Origin: Actinomycetota bacterium
Lineage (GTDB): Bacteria > Actinomycetota > UBA4738 > HRBIN12
Assembly: GCA_038249195.1 (NCBI GenBank)
Contig: JBBRWM010000001.1
Coordinates: 75,489 to 139,488 of the forward strand
Direction of reading: 5' to 3'
DNA: 64,000 nt
Below the pieces are notes generated by a model that searched no databases, was not told the DNA's origin, and worked only from the letters and a program-made list of their open reading frames with translations. A program made the position numbers and the translations under genes. How positions within the stretch are numbered: position 1 is the stretch's first letter; the number at the start of each line of letters is the position of its first letter. This document shows, one piece after another, positions 10,644-19,610 of this stretch.

Positions 10644-12098
10644 TCATGGCCCCGGGTATCGCCCAAGCGGGGTGGGGTCGAGGATCACCGGCGGGATAGG
10701 GGCCTGCGTCCAGTCGAACTCCTTGGACAGGTTGCCCAGGCCGTGCTGGTTCTCCCGGACGCGAGGCCGGGCGTCGAAGATCCCGTATCGGCTCTTGAGG
10801 GTCTTGGGGTCCAGTCGTTCGCCGCCGAGGAACCGGTCCTCGATCAGCTTCAGGTAGGCGTCGAACGACAGGGTCTGGTGATCGATCGTGCCGCCCTTGG
10901 CGAACGGGCTGATGAGGATGCCGGGCACCCGGATGCCGTAGCCACTGGGGTCGATGCGGATCGGCTTGACGTGATCGTAGAAGCCGCCCCAGTCGTCCCA
11001 GGTGAGGAAGACCGCCGTGGTGTTGCGCTCGGCCGCGGGAGCTCGCATGACGGCGTTCACGACCTTGGTGACCCACTCCATGCCGGTGCCGATGTAGTCG
11101 GGAGGGTGCTCGCCCTTGTTAATGACGGGCATGACCCACGAGACGGATGGCAGCGTGTCCGTTCGCAACCCTTTGAAGAAGTTCGCGCGATCTTGGATGT
11201 TGCCCATCTGATGCGTGTCGGCGACGGTCTGGAAGCCGGGCAGCGGGTTCTGGTACCAGACGGTCGTCTTCTTGTCATAGGAGGGGCAAGGAGGAGCGAC
11301 ACACGTGTGTGCCCCCACGAAGTACCCCCACGAGACGTGGTGCTTGTACAGCAGGTACGTGATGTCCGTCCACTGGTAGGGGTAGGGCGGGCCATCGGGC
11401 GGCCGCCATCCATCCCCGGGAGCCGACAGGTCCGAACGGCACGATTGCGGCGTGAACTTCTTGCAGGTGGCCGACCAGGCCGAGACGAGGTAGAGGTGCG
11501 ACGGGAGCGTGTATGAGTCGGAGGGCGCGAACATGCGATCCTGCAGCAGGTACCTCTTCGCGTACCGCCAGTAGTTCGGGATCTCCTTGCCGGTGTGATA
11601 CCCCATCACGTCGGGCGTGCCCGCGGGCCCCGGGGTAGCGTGCCGGCAGTTGTAGGTCGGATCCTTGCTGTGTGAACACGGCGTCCCGAACTTGTGGAAC
11701 GTCTTGATGAAGCCGTTCATGCGGCCCCCGTGAACGTCGCCCGCCGACGCCTGTTCGTCGTGCGGCCCACCCATGTCGAACTGGTTCTTGTCGTGATACG
11801 GCCTGCGGCAGTGTCCGTACTGGGGGTCGGGCATGCAGGTCTTGAAATGGCCGCGCGGGCCCCGGGGCAGCCCGTTCGCGCCGGGGAAGGTCCCGAAATA
11901 GTGATCGAAGGATCGGTTCTCCTGCACCACGAAGATGATGTGCTGGAGGTTCCCGATGCCCAGCGTTGGGTCGATCCCCGGCGGGGCGGCTCTGCCGCGC
12001 GCACCGGCTGCGGCGGGCGCGGGCCGCGCGGCCATCGCGAAGGCGACGAGGGATCCGGCGACGAGGAGACAGGCGAGCGCGCGCAAGGAAGACCGCAT
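10644..12098 (-). CDS. Phosphoesterase-family protein (PF04185), paralog 3
   Basis: [23 protein letters not shown] signal. [25 protein letters not shown]. Confidence 0.8.
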   Translation of the reverse strand: MRSSLRALACLLVAGSLVAFAMAARPAPAAAGARGRAAPPGIDPTLGIGNLQHIIFVVQENRSFDHYFGTFPGANGLPRGPRGHFKTCMPDPQYGHCRRPYHDKNQFDMGGPHDEQASAGDVHGGRMNGFIKTFHKFGTPCSHSKDPTYNCRHATPGPAGTPDVMGYHTGKEIPNYWRYAKRYLLQDRMFAPSDSYTLPSHLYLVSAWSATCKKFTPQSCRSDLSAPGDGWRPPDGPPYPYQWTDITYLLYKHHVSWGYFVGAHTCVAPPCPSYDKKTTVWYQNPLPGFQTVADTHQMGNIQDRANFFKGLRTDTLPSVSWVMPVINKGEHPPDYIGTGMEWVTKVVNAVMRAPAAERNTTAVFLTWDDWGGFYDHVKPIRIDPSGYGIRVPGILISPFAKGGTIDHQTLSFDAYLKLIEDRFLGGERLDPKTLKSRYGIFDARPRVRENQHGLGNLSKEFDWTQAPIPPVILDPTPLGRYPGP

Positions 12099-12209
12099 GG
12101 GCCCCGCATCGTAGTCGGATGGGCGTGCCCTGGGAACCAGCCGCGGTGCTTTCTCCTACCATGGCCCGCGACGGCCGCGCCCGTGGCCGCGGAAGGAGAC
12201 GACCCGGCC

Positions 12210-13664
12210 GTGAGCGATGGAGCTGAACCGATCACCGTGACCCTGATCCCCGGGGACGGGATCGGGCCGGAATGCGTGCGTTCGGCCCAGGCCATCGTGG
12301 AGGCCACGGGCGCCCCCATCGCGTGGGAGGAGGCGGAGGCCGGCGCCGAGGTCTTCAGGCGCGGGGTGGCGTCGGGGGTTCCGGCCGAGACCATGGACTC
12401 CATCGCGCGCACGCGCGTGGCGCTGAAGGGCCCCCTGGAGACGCCCGTTGGTTTCGGCGAGAAGAGCGCGAACGTCACGCTGCGAAAGCTCTACGAGACG
12501 TACGCGAACGTTCGGCCCGTCCGGGAGATGCCGGGCGTGCGCACGCCCTACTCGGGCCGCGGGGTGGACCTGGTCGTGGTGCGGGAGAACGTCGAGGACC
12601 TCTACGCCGGCATCGAGTACATGCAGACGCCGGGCGTCGCGCAGACCCTCAAGCTCATCACGGTCAAGGGCTGCGAGAAGATCAGCCGCTTCGCGTTCGA
12701 GTACGCGCGCAGCGAGGGCCGCGCCAGCGTGGCGTGCGCCACCAAGGCCAACATCATGAAGTTCTCCGAGGGCACGCTGAAGCGGGTCTTCGAGCGCGTG
12801 GCGCCCGAGTACCCCGAGATCGAGTCGTGGCACGTGATCGTAGACAACGCGGCCCACCAGCTCGTGAAACGCCCCGAGCAGTACGAGGTCATCGTCACGA
12901 CGAACATGAACGGCGACATCCTGAGCGACCTGTCGAGCGCGCTGATCGGCGGGCTGGGGTTCGCCCCAAGCGCCAACATCGGCAACGAGGTCGCCATCTT
13001 CGAGGCCGTGCACGGCTCGGCGCCCAAGTACGCCGGCAAGGACGTCATCAACCCCACGGCGGTGATCCTGTCGTCGGTGATGATGCTGCGGTACCTCGGT
13101 CTCTTCGAGGAAGCGGCGGCCATCGAGCACGCGGTGTTCGTGACGCTGGAATCGGGCGTGCTCACGGGCGACGTGGTCGGGTACGACCGGGGGACCCCCA
13201 CCAGCGCCTACACGGAAGCGATCATCTCGAACCTCGGGAAGAAGACCGAGGCGTGGACGATCCGCGACCCTAAGCCGCTGCAACTCCCCCAGCTGTCGAC
13301 CGACCCTGACTACGTCAAGGTCTCCTCGCGCGCGGTGGTGGGCCTCGACGTCTTCGTTGAATCACCGCTCACGGCGGAGGAGCTGGGCGCCTCCCTAGAC
13401 GAGCTCGCCACCGGCACCCGGCTGGAGCTGCGGATGATCTCGAGCCGCGGGACCAAGGTCTTCCCGGCGACGGGTGCCATCACCGATACCGTCGATCACT
13501 GGCGGTGCCGCTTCATCATCCGCGAGGACCCGGGCGACCTGTGGGACGAGGACGTGCACCAGCTCCTCGCGCGCATCAGCCGCCGGCACACCTGGATGCA
13601 CATCGAGAAGCTCATGGAGTTCGACGGGGAGCTCGGGTTCACGCGGGACCAGGGCGAGAACTAG
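12210..13664 (+). CDS. icd: Isocitrate dehydrogenase (IDH/IPMDH superfamily) with an approx. 140-aa C-terminal extension
   Basis: RBS GGAAGGAG, then GTG at 12210. ITVTLIPGDGIGPE...NLYGDILSDL-like motifs (TNMNGDILSDL). The extra C-terminal domain resembles the Thermus-type IDH extension. Confidence 0.8.
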   Translation: MSDGAEPITVTLIPGDGIGPECVRSAQAIVEATGAPIAWEEAEAGAEVFRRGVASGVPAETMDSIARTRVALKGPLETPVGFGEKSANVTLRKLYETYANVRPVREMPGVRTPYSGRGVDLVVVRENVEDLYAGIEYMQTPGVAQTLKLITVKGCEKISRFAFEYARSEGRASVACATKANIMKFSEGTLKRVFERVAPEYPEIESWHVIVDNAAHQLVKRPEQYEVIVTTNMNGDILSDLSSALIGGLGFAPSANIGNEVAIFEAVHGSAPKYAGKDVINPTAVILSSVMMLRYLGLFEEAAAIEHAVFVTLESGVLTGDVVGYDRGTPTSAYTEAIISNLGKKTEAWTIRDPKPLQLPQLSTDPDYVKVSSRAVVGLDVFVESPLTAEELGASLDELATGTRLELRMISSRGTKVFPATGAITDTVDHWRCRFIIREDPGDLWDEDVHQLLARISRRHTWMHIEKLMEFDGELGFTRDQGEN

Positions 13665-13668
13665 TGCG

Positions 13669-14244
13669 TTACCCGAGCGCCTCGGTCGCTCTCGCCCTGC
13701 CGCGATCGCGTCGCTGACCCGTCCGACCGAGGGTCGATGATTCCTTCTCGGCCATATCTGCGACCTGGATGCTTGCCTCGGTGTGGACGATCGCCGCCTG
13801 GATCAAGAGCCGGACCAGCGGGTCGCCACGGTATCCGTCCTGAAGCCGCGTGAGCCCCGCGAGCTCTTGTTGATAGGCGCTCCGTTGCTCGGCGACTACC
13901 TGCGAAACCTTCTTCGACCCGAATCGCGCCGCGGCGAACAGCTTCAGGAAGAAGTCGTCTCGATACCCGCGAAGCCGAACGCTTGGCTCGGCGAGCCATC
14001 GCTCGAGCTCGCCTTCGCCGTCCCTCGTGATCCGGTACACATGCTTGTCGGGCCGGTTCGTCTGCTCGACCTGGCGCCTCGTGACGAGCCCCTCGCGAAC
14101 GAGGCGATCGAGCACCTGATAGACGTGGCCGATGTTCAGCTCACCCCATTGGGGACCGATGGCCTCCTCGAAGCGTGATCGAAGCTCGTAGCCGTGACTC
14201 GGCCCGTCTACCAAGAGGGCCAACACGGCGTGCTGGATGGGCAT
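13669..14244 (-). CDS. PadR-family transcriptional regulator
   Basis: MPIQHAVLALLVDGPSHGYELRSRFEEAIGPQWGELNIGHVYQVLDRLVREGLV. RBS ggaggagggagg sits upstream of the ATG at 14244. Confidence 0.7.
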   Translation of the reverse strand: MPIQHAVLALLVDGPSHGYELRSRFEEAIGPQWGELNIGHVYQVLDRLVREGLVTRRQVEQTNRPDKHVYRITRDGEGELERWLAEPSVRLRGYRDDFFLKLFAAARFGSKKVSQVVAEQRSAYQQELAGLTRLQDGYRGDPLVRLLIQAAIVHTEASIQVADMAEKESSTLGRTGQRRDRGRARATEALG

Positions 14245-14359
14245 GCGGAACGGCGCCTCCCTCCTCGAGTACCTAGTCGTGGTGTTGTTCGTCATGGTGT
14301 TGTTCATGATCGGTCTCGTCCTTCGAAGGGTGTTCAGGCACTAGACGCAAGGAAGGCGT

Positions 14360-14590
14360 CCCACTCGGTCGCCATCAACGCGGGAATATCGGCCGCTCTT
14401 CGGCCGCTCGACCTCACCCACGTCCAGTTCGTGCTCCTCGCCTGTACCTGGTGGCTGAACGACAGCGGCGAGCGCCCGTCGCAGATCGCCCTGGCGACGC
14501 AGCCGGCGCGGATGTCAAGACGGAACGTCTCAGGTGGTGCGGAGCCTCGAACGGAAGTCGCTCGTGCGCCGCAGGAGGGTCGAGCCCTAC
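14360..14590 (+). pseudogene. MarR-family regulator remnant (N-terminally truncated and frameshifted)
   Basis: Two frames together read ...LDLTHVQFVLLACTWWLNDSGERPSQIALATQ... then ...VVRSLERKSLVRRRRVEP*. This is the MarR recognition-helix and wing pattern split by a frameshift. Confidence 0.4.
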
Positions 14591-15552
14591 GGCAGCGGCA
14601 ACGGGGTGGCGCCGGACGCGTTCAGCAGGCGTGGGAGCCCATAGCGATCCTCGATGGCGGCCAGGAGCGAGTAGTGCGTGTAGGCCGTTGCGTCCGTGGC
14701 GCCGGGGGTGACGCCCGGCCCCTGGAGCGCTGCGTACAACGTCCCGGATTCGTCGAAGGTGATGAACACCTGGGCACCGGAGGCCAGCAGGGGCGGCACG
14801 TGGGACGCGAGCCAGGCGTCGCCCCGCTGGAGCAGGGCGTCGGAGTGCTGGATGCAGTTCACCCACTGCCCTCCCCCGCTTCCGTGGTCGTCGTTGCAGG
14901 CGTTGGGCGTGATGAACGTCACCGCGGGGGGGTTCGCGGGATCGAGGGAGCTGAGCGGCAGCACGTGCTCGGCACACGACGATGCGTTGAAGACGCTGGC
15001 GAACATCGGGGCGGGGACGTGCCGCATCAGATACGGGCCGCCGGTCGACGCGCTGTCCTGGGTCACGGCGCTCGAACAAGGCGAGGGCATCCCCTCCCCG
15101 TACACGCCCCAGCCGATGCCCGCGGCCTGCAGCTGGTCCCAGAGCGTGGTGGTGCACCCGGCGGCCGTGATGACGGGGTCCGCCGCCACGACGGAGTCGT
15201 CGGTCTTGCCGCACGACGATCCCGCCACCATCTGGAGGTAGTCGGCTAGGGAAGGTCCCCGGGACGAACCCTCCCGGTAGTCGGTGAAGCGGAGCCCTCC
15301 CGCCGCGAAGGCGTCGAGGTAGGCGCGATCCGCCGGGATCCTTGCTTGAAGCTCATCGTAGGAGAGGTTCTCCATCACGATGATCACGAGGCTGGGCGGG
15401 GTCGCCGTAGGGCTCGCGCTCGTGGGAGTCGCCGTCGCGGTCGCGGCGAGGGCGGTCGGCGTCGTTGCCGCCGTCGCGGCGGCGCCGCCCGGCGCACACG
15501 CGATCGCGGCAACGACCGAAACGGCGGCGAGCGTGAGGGTCGATCTCGTCAC
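14587..15552 (-). CDS. Phosphoesterase-family protein (PF04185), short secreted paralog 4
   Basis: Signal peptide plus Ala/Thr/Pro linker, then LVIIVMENLSYDE...ITPNACNDDHG. Confidence 0.7.
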   Translation of the reverse strand: MTRSTLTLAAVSVVAAIACAPGGAAATAATTPTALAATATATPTSASPTATPPSLVIIVMENLSYDELQARIPADRAYLDAFAAGGLRFTDYREGSSRGPSLADYLQMVAGSSCGKTDDSVVAADPVITAAGCTTTLWDQLQAAGIGWGVYGEGMPSPCSSAVTQDSASTGGPYLMRHVPAPMFASVFNASSCAEHVLPLSSLDPANPPAVTFITPNACNDDHGSGGGQWVNCIQHSDALLQRGDAWLASHVPPLLASGAQVFITFDESGTLYAALQGPGVTPGATDATAYTHYSLLAAIEDRYGLPRLLNASGATPLPLP

Positions 15553-15683
15553 GAGAGCTCCTGGTGCTAGGGGGCCGGAGGCACGACCCTAGAGCCGACG
15601 GGATGCCGACGGCAACCGTCGTCATCGTCGTCAAGAGCGACGCGACCGCTTGCTAGACTGCTCTGCGGTCGCGCCGTCGTCGC

Positions 15684-15756
15684 GGTCCCATCGTCTAGAG
15701 GCCTAGGACATCACCCTCTCAAGGTGAAGACACGGGTTCAAATCCCGTTGGGACTA
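15684..15756 (+). tRNA. tRNA-Glu (anticodon CTC)
   Basis: GGTCCCATCGTCTAGAGGCCTAGGACATCACCCTCTCAAGGTGAAGACACGGGTTCAAATCCCGTTGGGACTA. Anticodon loop CTCTCAA (CTC at 15718-15720). Strong similarity to bacterial tRNA-Glu. Confidence 0.85.
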
Positions 15757-15757
15757 C
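15710..15757. repeat. attL: 48-bp direct repeat formed by the tRNA-Glu 3' half (identical copy at 34789-34836; degenerate third copy at 36145-36184)
   Basis: atcaccctctcaaggtgaagacacgggttcaaatcccgttgggactac occurs at both positions with unrelated flanks. Confidence 0.85.
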
Positions 15758-15761
15758 TTCC

Positions 15762-15790
15762 GAAGCCGCAGGTCGGGGGCCTGCGGCTTC
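15762..15790 (+). terminator. Perfect 11-bp stem / 7-nt loop hairpin immediately after the tRNA-Glu/attL core (no U-tract)
   Basis: GAAGCCGCAGG tcggggg CCTGCGGCTTC. Confidence 0.35.
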
Positions 15791-15824
15791 GTCGTGGTCG
15801 GTGGTTGCTCGGTGTGGGTCGCAC

Positions 15825-15836
15825 ATGGGTCCCACA
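15825..15836. repeat. Candidate integrase arm-type site ATGGGTCCCACA (left end); two tandem copies at 34652-34675 (right end)
   Basis: The 12-mer occurs only near the two island ends. Confidence 0.4.
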
Positions 15837-15895
15837 TGCTGCGCCACAGCGCCAGGCGGACCCTCTCTGGTCGCCTGCCTGTCCACCAGGCGGAC

Positions 15896-16123
15896 CTAGC
15901 AGTGGATTACCATCTCACCCTCATGACAGAAGATGACCACCTGACCTCCTGTTTCAATCACATGGAAGCCCCGGTCCTTGGCCTCTTGAACCAACTCGCC
16001 TAGCGAGGCGTACTTCTCCACGTCGTCTCTCTTTCTGCGCACCACTCCACCCTGGGCCGCGGCGTCCGCGTTGAAGATCTGATCGATCCAGGCACTCATC
16101 GACGTTCTCCTCCCTATCCGCAA
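15896..16123 (-). CDS. Hypothetical small protein (75 aa) between the tRNA and the integrase
   Basis: ORF MRIGRRTSMSAWIDQIFNADAAAQGGVVRRKRDDVEKYASLGELVQEAKDRGFHVIETGGQVVIFCHEGEMVIHC. No recognisable family. Confidence 0.3.
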   Translation of the reverse strand: MRIGRRTSMSAWIDQIFNADAAAQGGVVRRKRDDVEKYASLGELVQEAKDRGFHVIETGGQVVIFCHEGEMVIHC

Positions 16124-16169
16124 TCTTCCTCGCCGTCAGCGTGACGGTAACGATTCGAAACGGCTCCCA

Positions 16170-17339
16170 CTACCCTGAGTCGAGCGACGCGCGCACGAGT
16201 GCGTCGATCGCGTCGGCAACCTGGCGCGAGACCTCCGGGTAGACCTCGACGTAGACGGTGTCCATCATGCGCGTCGACGTGTGGCCGAGCCTCGACGCCA
16301 CCGCCTTCATGTCCTTGGTAGCCGCGTAGGCGAGCGATGCGCCGGTGTGACGCAGCCACTCGGGGCGCACGCCCTCGACCCCGGCCTTCTCGCACGCGCG
16401 CTGCCAGATCGGGCGGAACACGTGCCGCCTCACAGGCCCTCCCCGCTCTCCCGAGAAGACCAGGCCTTCCAGGTTCGGATCCTCGGCGTCGACCAGCGGC
16501 GGGAACCGAAGGAGATGCTCGAGGAGCGGCGCCACGACGACGTCCGGCAGATCGACGACGCGGTTGGAGCGGGCGGTCTTCGGCGCGCCCCACTCGAAGC
16601 GCCCGTCGACCTCCACGAGCTTCTCATCGACGCCAACGGTTCGGCCCGACAGGTCGAGGTCGTCGCGCTTCACGGCGACCAGCTCCGACCAGCGCAGCGA
16701 CGAGTAGGCGCCCAGCAGCACGAAGGCTCGCCAGCGCGGTGGCAGCGCCTCGACGATCGCCGCGATCTCCTGCGGACGGAGGACGCGGATGCTCGAGCGC
16801 TCGGTACGCGGCGCCTCGATCCGCGCGGCCGGGTTCCGCCCGATCCGGTCGGCGTCCAGTGCGCTGTTCAGCATGACCCGGGCGAGCTTCAGGGCTTCCG
16901 CCGCCTGCCACGGGGAGCGCTGGGCGACCGTGGCGACCATGGCGCGGACGTCATCGCGCGTGATCCTCGCGAGCGCTGTGGCCCCGAGCGCGGGCTCGAC
17001 GTCCAGGCGCCACGTCCGCTCGTACTTCGACGCGGTGGACGGCGCGAGGCCTCCCGCCTTCGCGCGGACGAGCCAGGTCTCGTAGAAGTCCCTGAGGAGC
17101 ACCCGACCCGCGGCGGGATCGATGTAGTTGCCCCGGGTCTTGGACGACTCCGTGTCGTGCAGGAACCGCTCGGCGTCGGTGCGCCGCTGGAAGGACTGCG
17201 ACCGCTGGATCCCGTCGGGATCTCTCCAGCGGGCGATGTAGCCGAACGATCGGCCACTGCACTCCGGGCAGCTCCGGGCTCCGTCCGTGAGGCCGCGACG
17301 GCACACCCGGCGTCGGCACCGTTTCTGGATGCTCGCCAT
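16170..17339 (-). CDS. int: Tyrosine-type site-specific integrase
   Basis: ATG at 17339 (MASIQKR...). C-terminal catalytic region with R...HxxR...Y context (LRHTGASLAY...GHTSTRMMDTVY). The 497-aa ORF N-terminal extension is rejected. Confidence 0.85.
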   Translation of the reverse strand: MASIQKRCRRRVCRRGLTDGARSCPECSGRSFGYIARWRDPDGIQRSQSFQRRTDAERFLHDTESSKTRGNYIDPAAGRVLLRDFYETWLVRAKAGGLAPSTASKYERTWRLDVEPALGATALARITRDDVRAMVATVAQRSPWQAAEALKLARVMLNSALDADRIGRNPAARIEAPRTERSSIRVLRPQEIAAIVEALPPRWRAFVLLGAYSSLRWSELVAVKRDDLDLSGRTVGVDEKLVEVDGRFEWGAPKTARSNRVVDLPDVVVAPLLEHLLRFPPLVDAEDPNLEGLVFSGERGGPVRRHVFRPIWQRACEKAGVEGVRPEWLRHTGASLAYAATKDMKAVASRLGHTSTRMMDTVYVEVYPEVSRQVADAIDALVRASLDSG

Positions 17340-18055
17340 CAGGTCGCTCCACTGCCCTTGCTCTTGCGGAGCCGGTACGCCTCCTGCCGGGTGATCACGC
17401 GCAGTTGCGGGTGTGTGCTCATCGTCTCCTGGAGCCGATCGGCCTCGGCCTCGTCCCGGGCCACGTAGGGCACGCCGTGCTCGAGCTTCACCCGCACCTC
17501 GGCGCCCCACGGCCGCGCCGCCGTCGAGGTCTGCAGATCGCCCTCGCCCTCCCAGACGAAAATCGGACCGGGAAGCTTGGTCCGCTGCCGCAGCCGCGCC
17601 TCGCGTGCCGCGATGTAGTGCTCCCCGGGGGCCCCGCCCTCGCGGCGCCAGGATCGCGCCCACGGACGGGGAAGGTCGCCGGCGAGCGCGTCGATCGCTC
17701 GTTGTGCGGGCCGGGGGGCCGGTTCGGTCGGGCTGCGGACATCCCGGGTGAGGGTGATCCAGTCGCGGAAGGGGACCGTCCGCTCCCCCACGTCCAGACG
17801 CGCCGTCGCAGCGTCTCGGGTCGGCGCTCCGCCCGGGGTCCCCAGGATCGCGTGGACCGGCATCTCGAAGTAGGCGGCGATCGCGACGAGCTCCTCCACC
17901 TTGGCGTCGCGCCGACCCGATTCGGTCTCGGCGACGGTCTGGCGGACCCAGCGGAACCCCATCGCCTCCATCGCCTCCGCGAGTTCCGCCTGGGTCAGTC
18001 CGGCGGCTCGGCGCAGCGCACCGATGTTGTCCCCGACCAGCTCTGGAACCTTCAA
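17339..18055 (-). CDS. XRE-family HTH protein with a C-terminal domain of unknown function, translationally coupled to int
   Basis: RBS GAGGAGG, then TTG at 18055. HTH GALRRAAGLTQAELAEAMEAMGF. Its stop overlaps the int ATG (TGATG). Confidence 0.55.
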   Translation of the reverse strand: MKVPELVGDNIGALRRAAGLTQAELAEAMEAMGFRWVRQTVAETESGRRDAKVEELVAIAAYFEMPVHAILGTPGGAPTRDAATARLDVGERTVPFRDWITLTRDVRSPTEPAPRPAQRAIDALAGDLPRPWARSWRREGGAPGEHYIAAREARLRQRTKLPGPIFVWEGEGDLQTSTAARPWGAEVRVKLEHGVPYVARDEAEADRLQETMSTHPQLRVITRQEAYRLRKSKGSGAT

Positions 18056-18191
18056 CGACTCGCCTCCTCGCTCAACCCTGCGCGGCGATTCTCGCACATC
18101 TGTGCGACACCTTGCAAGCATGTCTTACCTAGCGTGATAAGCTGCACCGCGTCAAGAATCCTTCCCTGGTGTGATCGAAAGGAGGGGCACG

Positions 18192-18386
18192 TTGGGTCAA
18201 GAGCTGATGAGCCGGCGGGAGGTGGCGGCTTACCTCAGGGTTCCGGAGGCGACGCTCGCCCGCTGGGCCTACGAGAGGAAGGGCCCGAGGTTCTTCCGGG
18301 TCGGTCGCCACACGCGGTACCGCTTCGAGGACGTGGTCGGGTGGCTCGAGCGGAACGGCAGCGATCAACAGCGCAACGCGCCCTGA
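18192..18386 (+). CDS. Excisionase/Xis-like HTH DNA-binding protein
   Basis: AGGAGG, then TTG at 18192. MSRREVAAYLRVPEATLARWAYERKGPRFFRVGRHTRYRFEDVVGWLE is the classical excisionase-family HTH pattern. Confidence 0.55.
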   Translation: MGQELMSRREVAAYLRVPEATLARWAYERKGPRFFRVGRHTRYRFEDVVGWLERNGSDQQRNAP

Positions 18387-18489
18387 GCGAACGAGGCAGG
18401 CAGGTGCACCTGACGAGCGAGATATCCAAGGGAACGGCCGAGGCGCGAACGCCCCGGCCGCAGCGACGCGCTTCACGGGGAGGCGCGAC

Positions 18490-19395
18490 GTGAGCGACTC
18501 TACCGGCGGGGTCCGACATGGGAAGGCCGAGCGTTGGGCCCGCGACCTCTGGTGCGAAGCGATCGGTGACTCCACCCTGCCGAAGAGCGTCAGGCTCGTC
18601 GCCTTCGCGCTCGCCACGTTCATGAATCCCGAAGGAGTCGCGCGCCCCGCTCTCGCAACGCTCGCAGCCCGGGCCGGCGTGGCGCGATCGACGGCCGGTG
18701 AGGCCGTCGCCCGCATGATCGGCGACGGGTGGCTGGAACGGCTCGATGGAGGCGGCGGTTCGAGACGAGCCACCACCTACCGGGCGACACTCCCCGCCGG
18801 CAGCGTGGAGCCAGAGCGGCTGCGAACCGTCCGGTCTGGGCCGGACGGTTCCGAACCCGAACCGTCCGAAATCGGTCGCGAACCGTCCGGAACCGAGGCT
18901 CGAACCGTCCGGTCTGGGCCGGACACGAACAGACGAACAGATCCAACAGAGGGACGATCGCTCCGAGACAAGCTCACGGCGATCGGCGCCACTCCCGACG
19001 AGATCGCCGCTGTCTTGCGCCGTCATGAAGCCCGGCGAGACGGCGGCCTCCGCGTGAGTCTGCTGCCCGAAGTCCTCGAGACCGACCTGGCAGCCGCTCG
19101 GCGCCAGATGATCCGGGAGCAGCGCGATGCCGACGCCTACGCGGCGACACACGCGAGGACGACCGCGGAGGAGGCGATCGCGTTGATCAACCCCGCCTGG
19201 GCGCCGCTCCGCCAGCGGATCGTCGACCTGTTCCAGGAGGACGGAGGCGACTGCAGAGACCTCGACCGACTCAGGACGTGTGCGACCGACCTTGCCACAG
19301 TCGCAGAGAACGACCGCGCGGCCGGCTTGGCCGCGCTGCGGGCGTTCCGCCGACGGCGCCGACCCGCCGAGAAGCCGGAGACTGTGGATGCCTGA
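18490..19395 (+). CDS. Winged-HTH protein, replication-initiator-like, with an internal repetitive linker
   Basis: N-terminal wHTH (LVAFALATFMNPEGVARPALATLAARAGVARSTAGEAVARMIGDGWLERL). Peptide repeat RTVRSGPD x2 is encoded by DNA iterons. Confidence 0.5.
   Translation: MSDSTGGVRHGKAERWARDLWCEAIGDSTLPKSVRLVAFALATFMNPEGVARPALATLAARAGVARSTAGEAVARMIGDGWLERLDGGGGSRRATTYRATLPAGSVEPERLRTVRSGPDGSEPEPSEIGREPSGTEARTVRSGPDTNRRTDPTEGRSLRDKLTAIGATPDEIAAVLRRHEARRDGGLRVSLLPEVLETDLAAARRQMIREQRDADAYAATHARTTAEEAIALINPAWAPLRQRIVDLFQEDGGDCRDLDRLRTCATDLATVAENDRAAGLAALRAFRRRRRPAEKPETVDA
18823..18924. repeat. Iteron-like array: four direct and one inverted copy of GAACCGTCCGG, plus two copies of the palindrome-containing CCGGTCTGGGCCGGAC, inside the rep-like gene
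   Basis: Copies at 18823, 18858, 18879 and 18901, inverted at 18841. Spacing is 35/21/22 bp. Confidence 0.6.
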
Positions 19396-19610
19396 TCGCA
19401 GAGGCCTCCAGGGCTCAGAGCCGATCGAGGGCTCCGCCGTGACCACCTCGTCGCCCACAGGGGTAGGGCGGGTCGGAAACTTCATGACCGAGGCCGGGCG
19501 CACACCTCGCGCCTCCCAACTTCGCACGCGCCCGAAACTGGCGATTTCAGCCGGTCAGTTTTCGCCCGAAACTCAATCGAGCCGGTCACGAAACTCAGTC
19601 CGCTGGTTCC

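Noticed and set aside
12156-13283. 375-aa minus ORF and 333-aa plus ORF (12272..13273) overlapping icd
   Set aside because: They are antisense or out of frame relative to an unambiguous isocitrate dehydrogenase reading frame.
14194-15249. 351-aa plus ORF
   Set aside because: It is antisense to the phosphoesterase paralog 14587..15552. Only its first part contributes the MarR-like pseudogene frame.
16170-17663. Full 497-aa integrase ORF
   Set aside because: The N-terminal 108 aa are Arg/Gly-rich junk that overlaps the XRE gene. The canonical MASIQKR start at 17339 with stop/start coupling is preferred.
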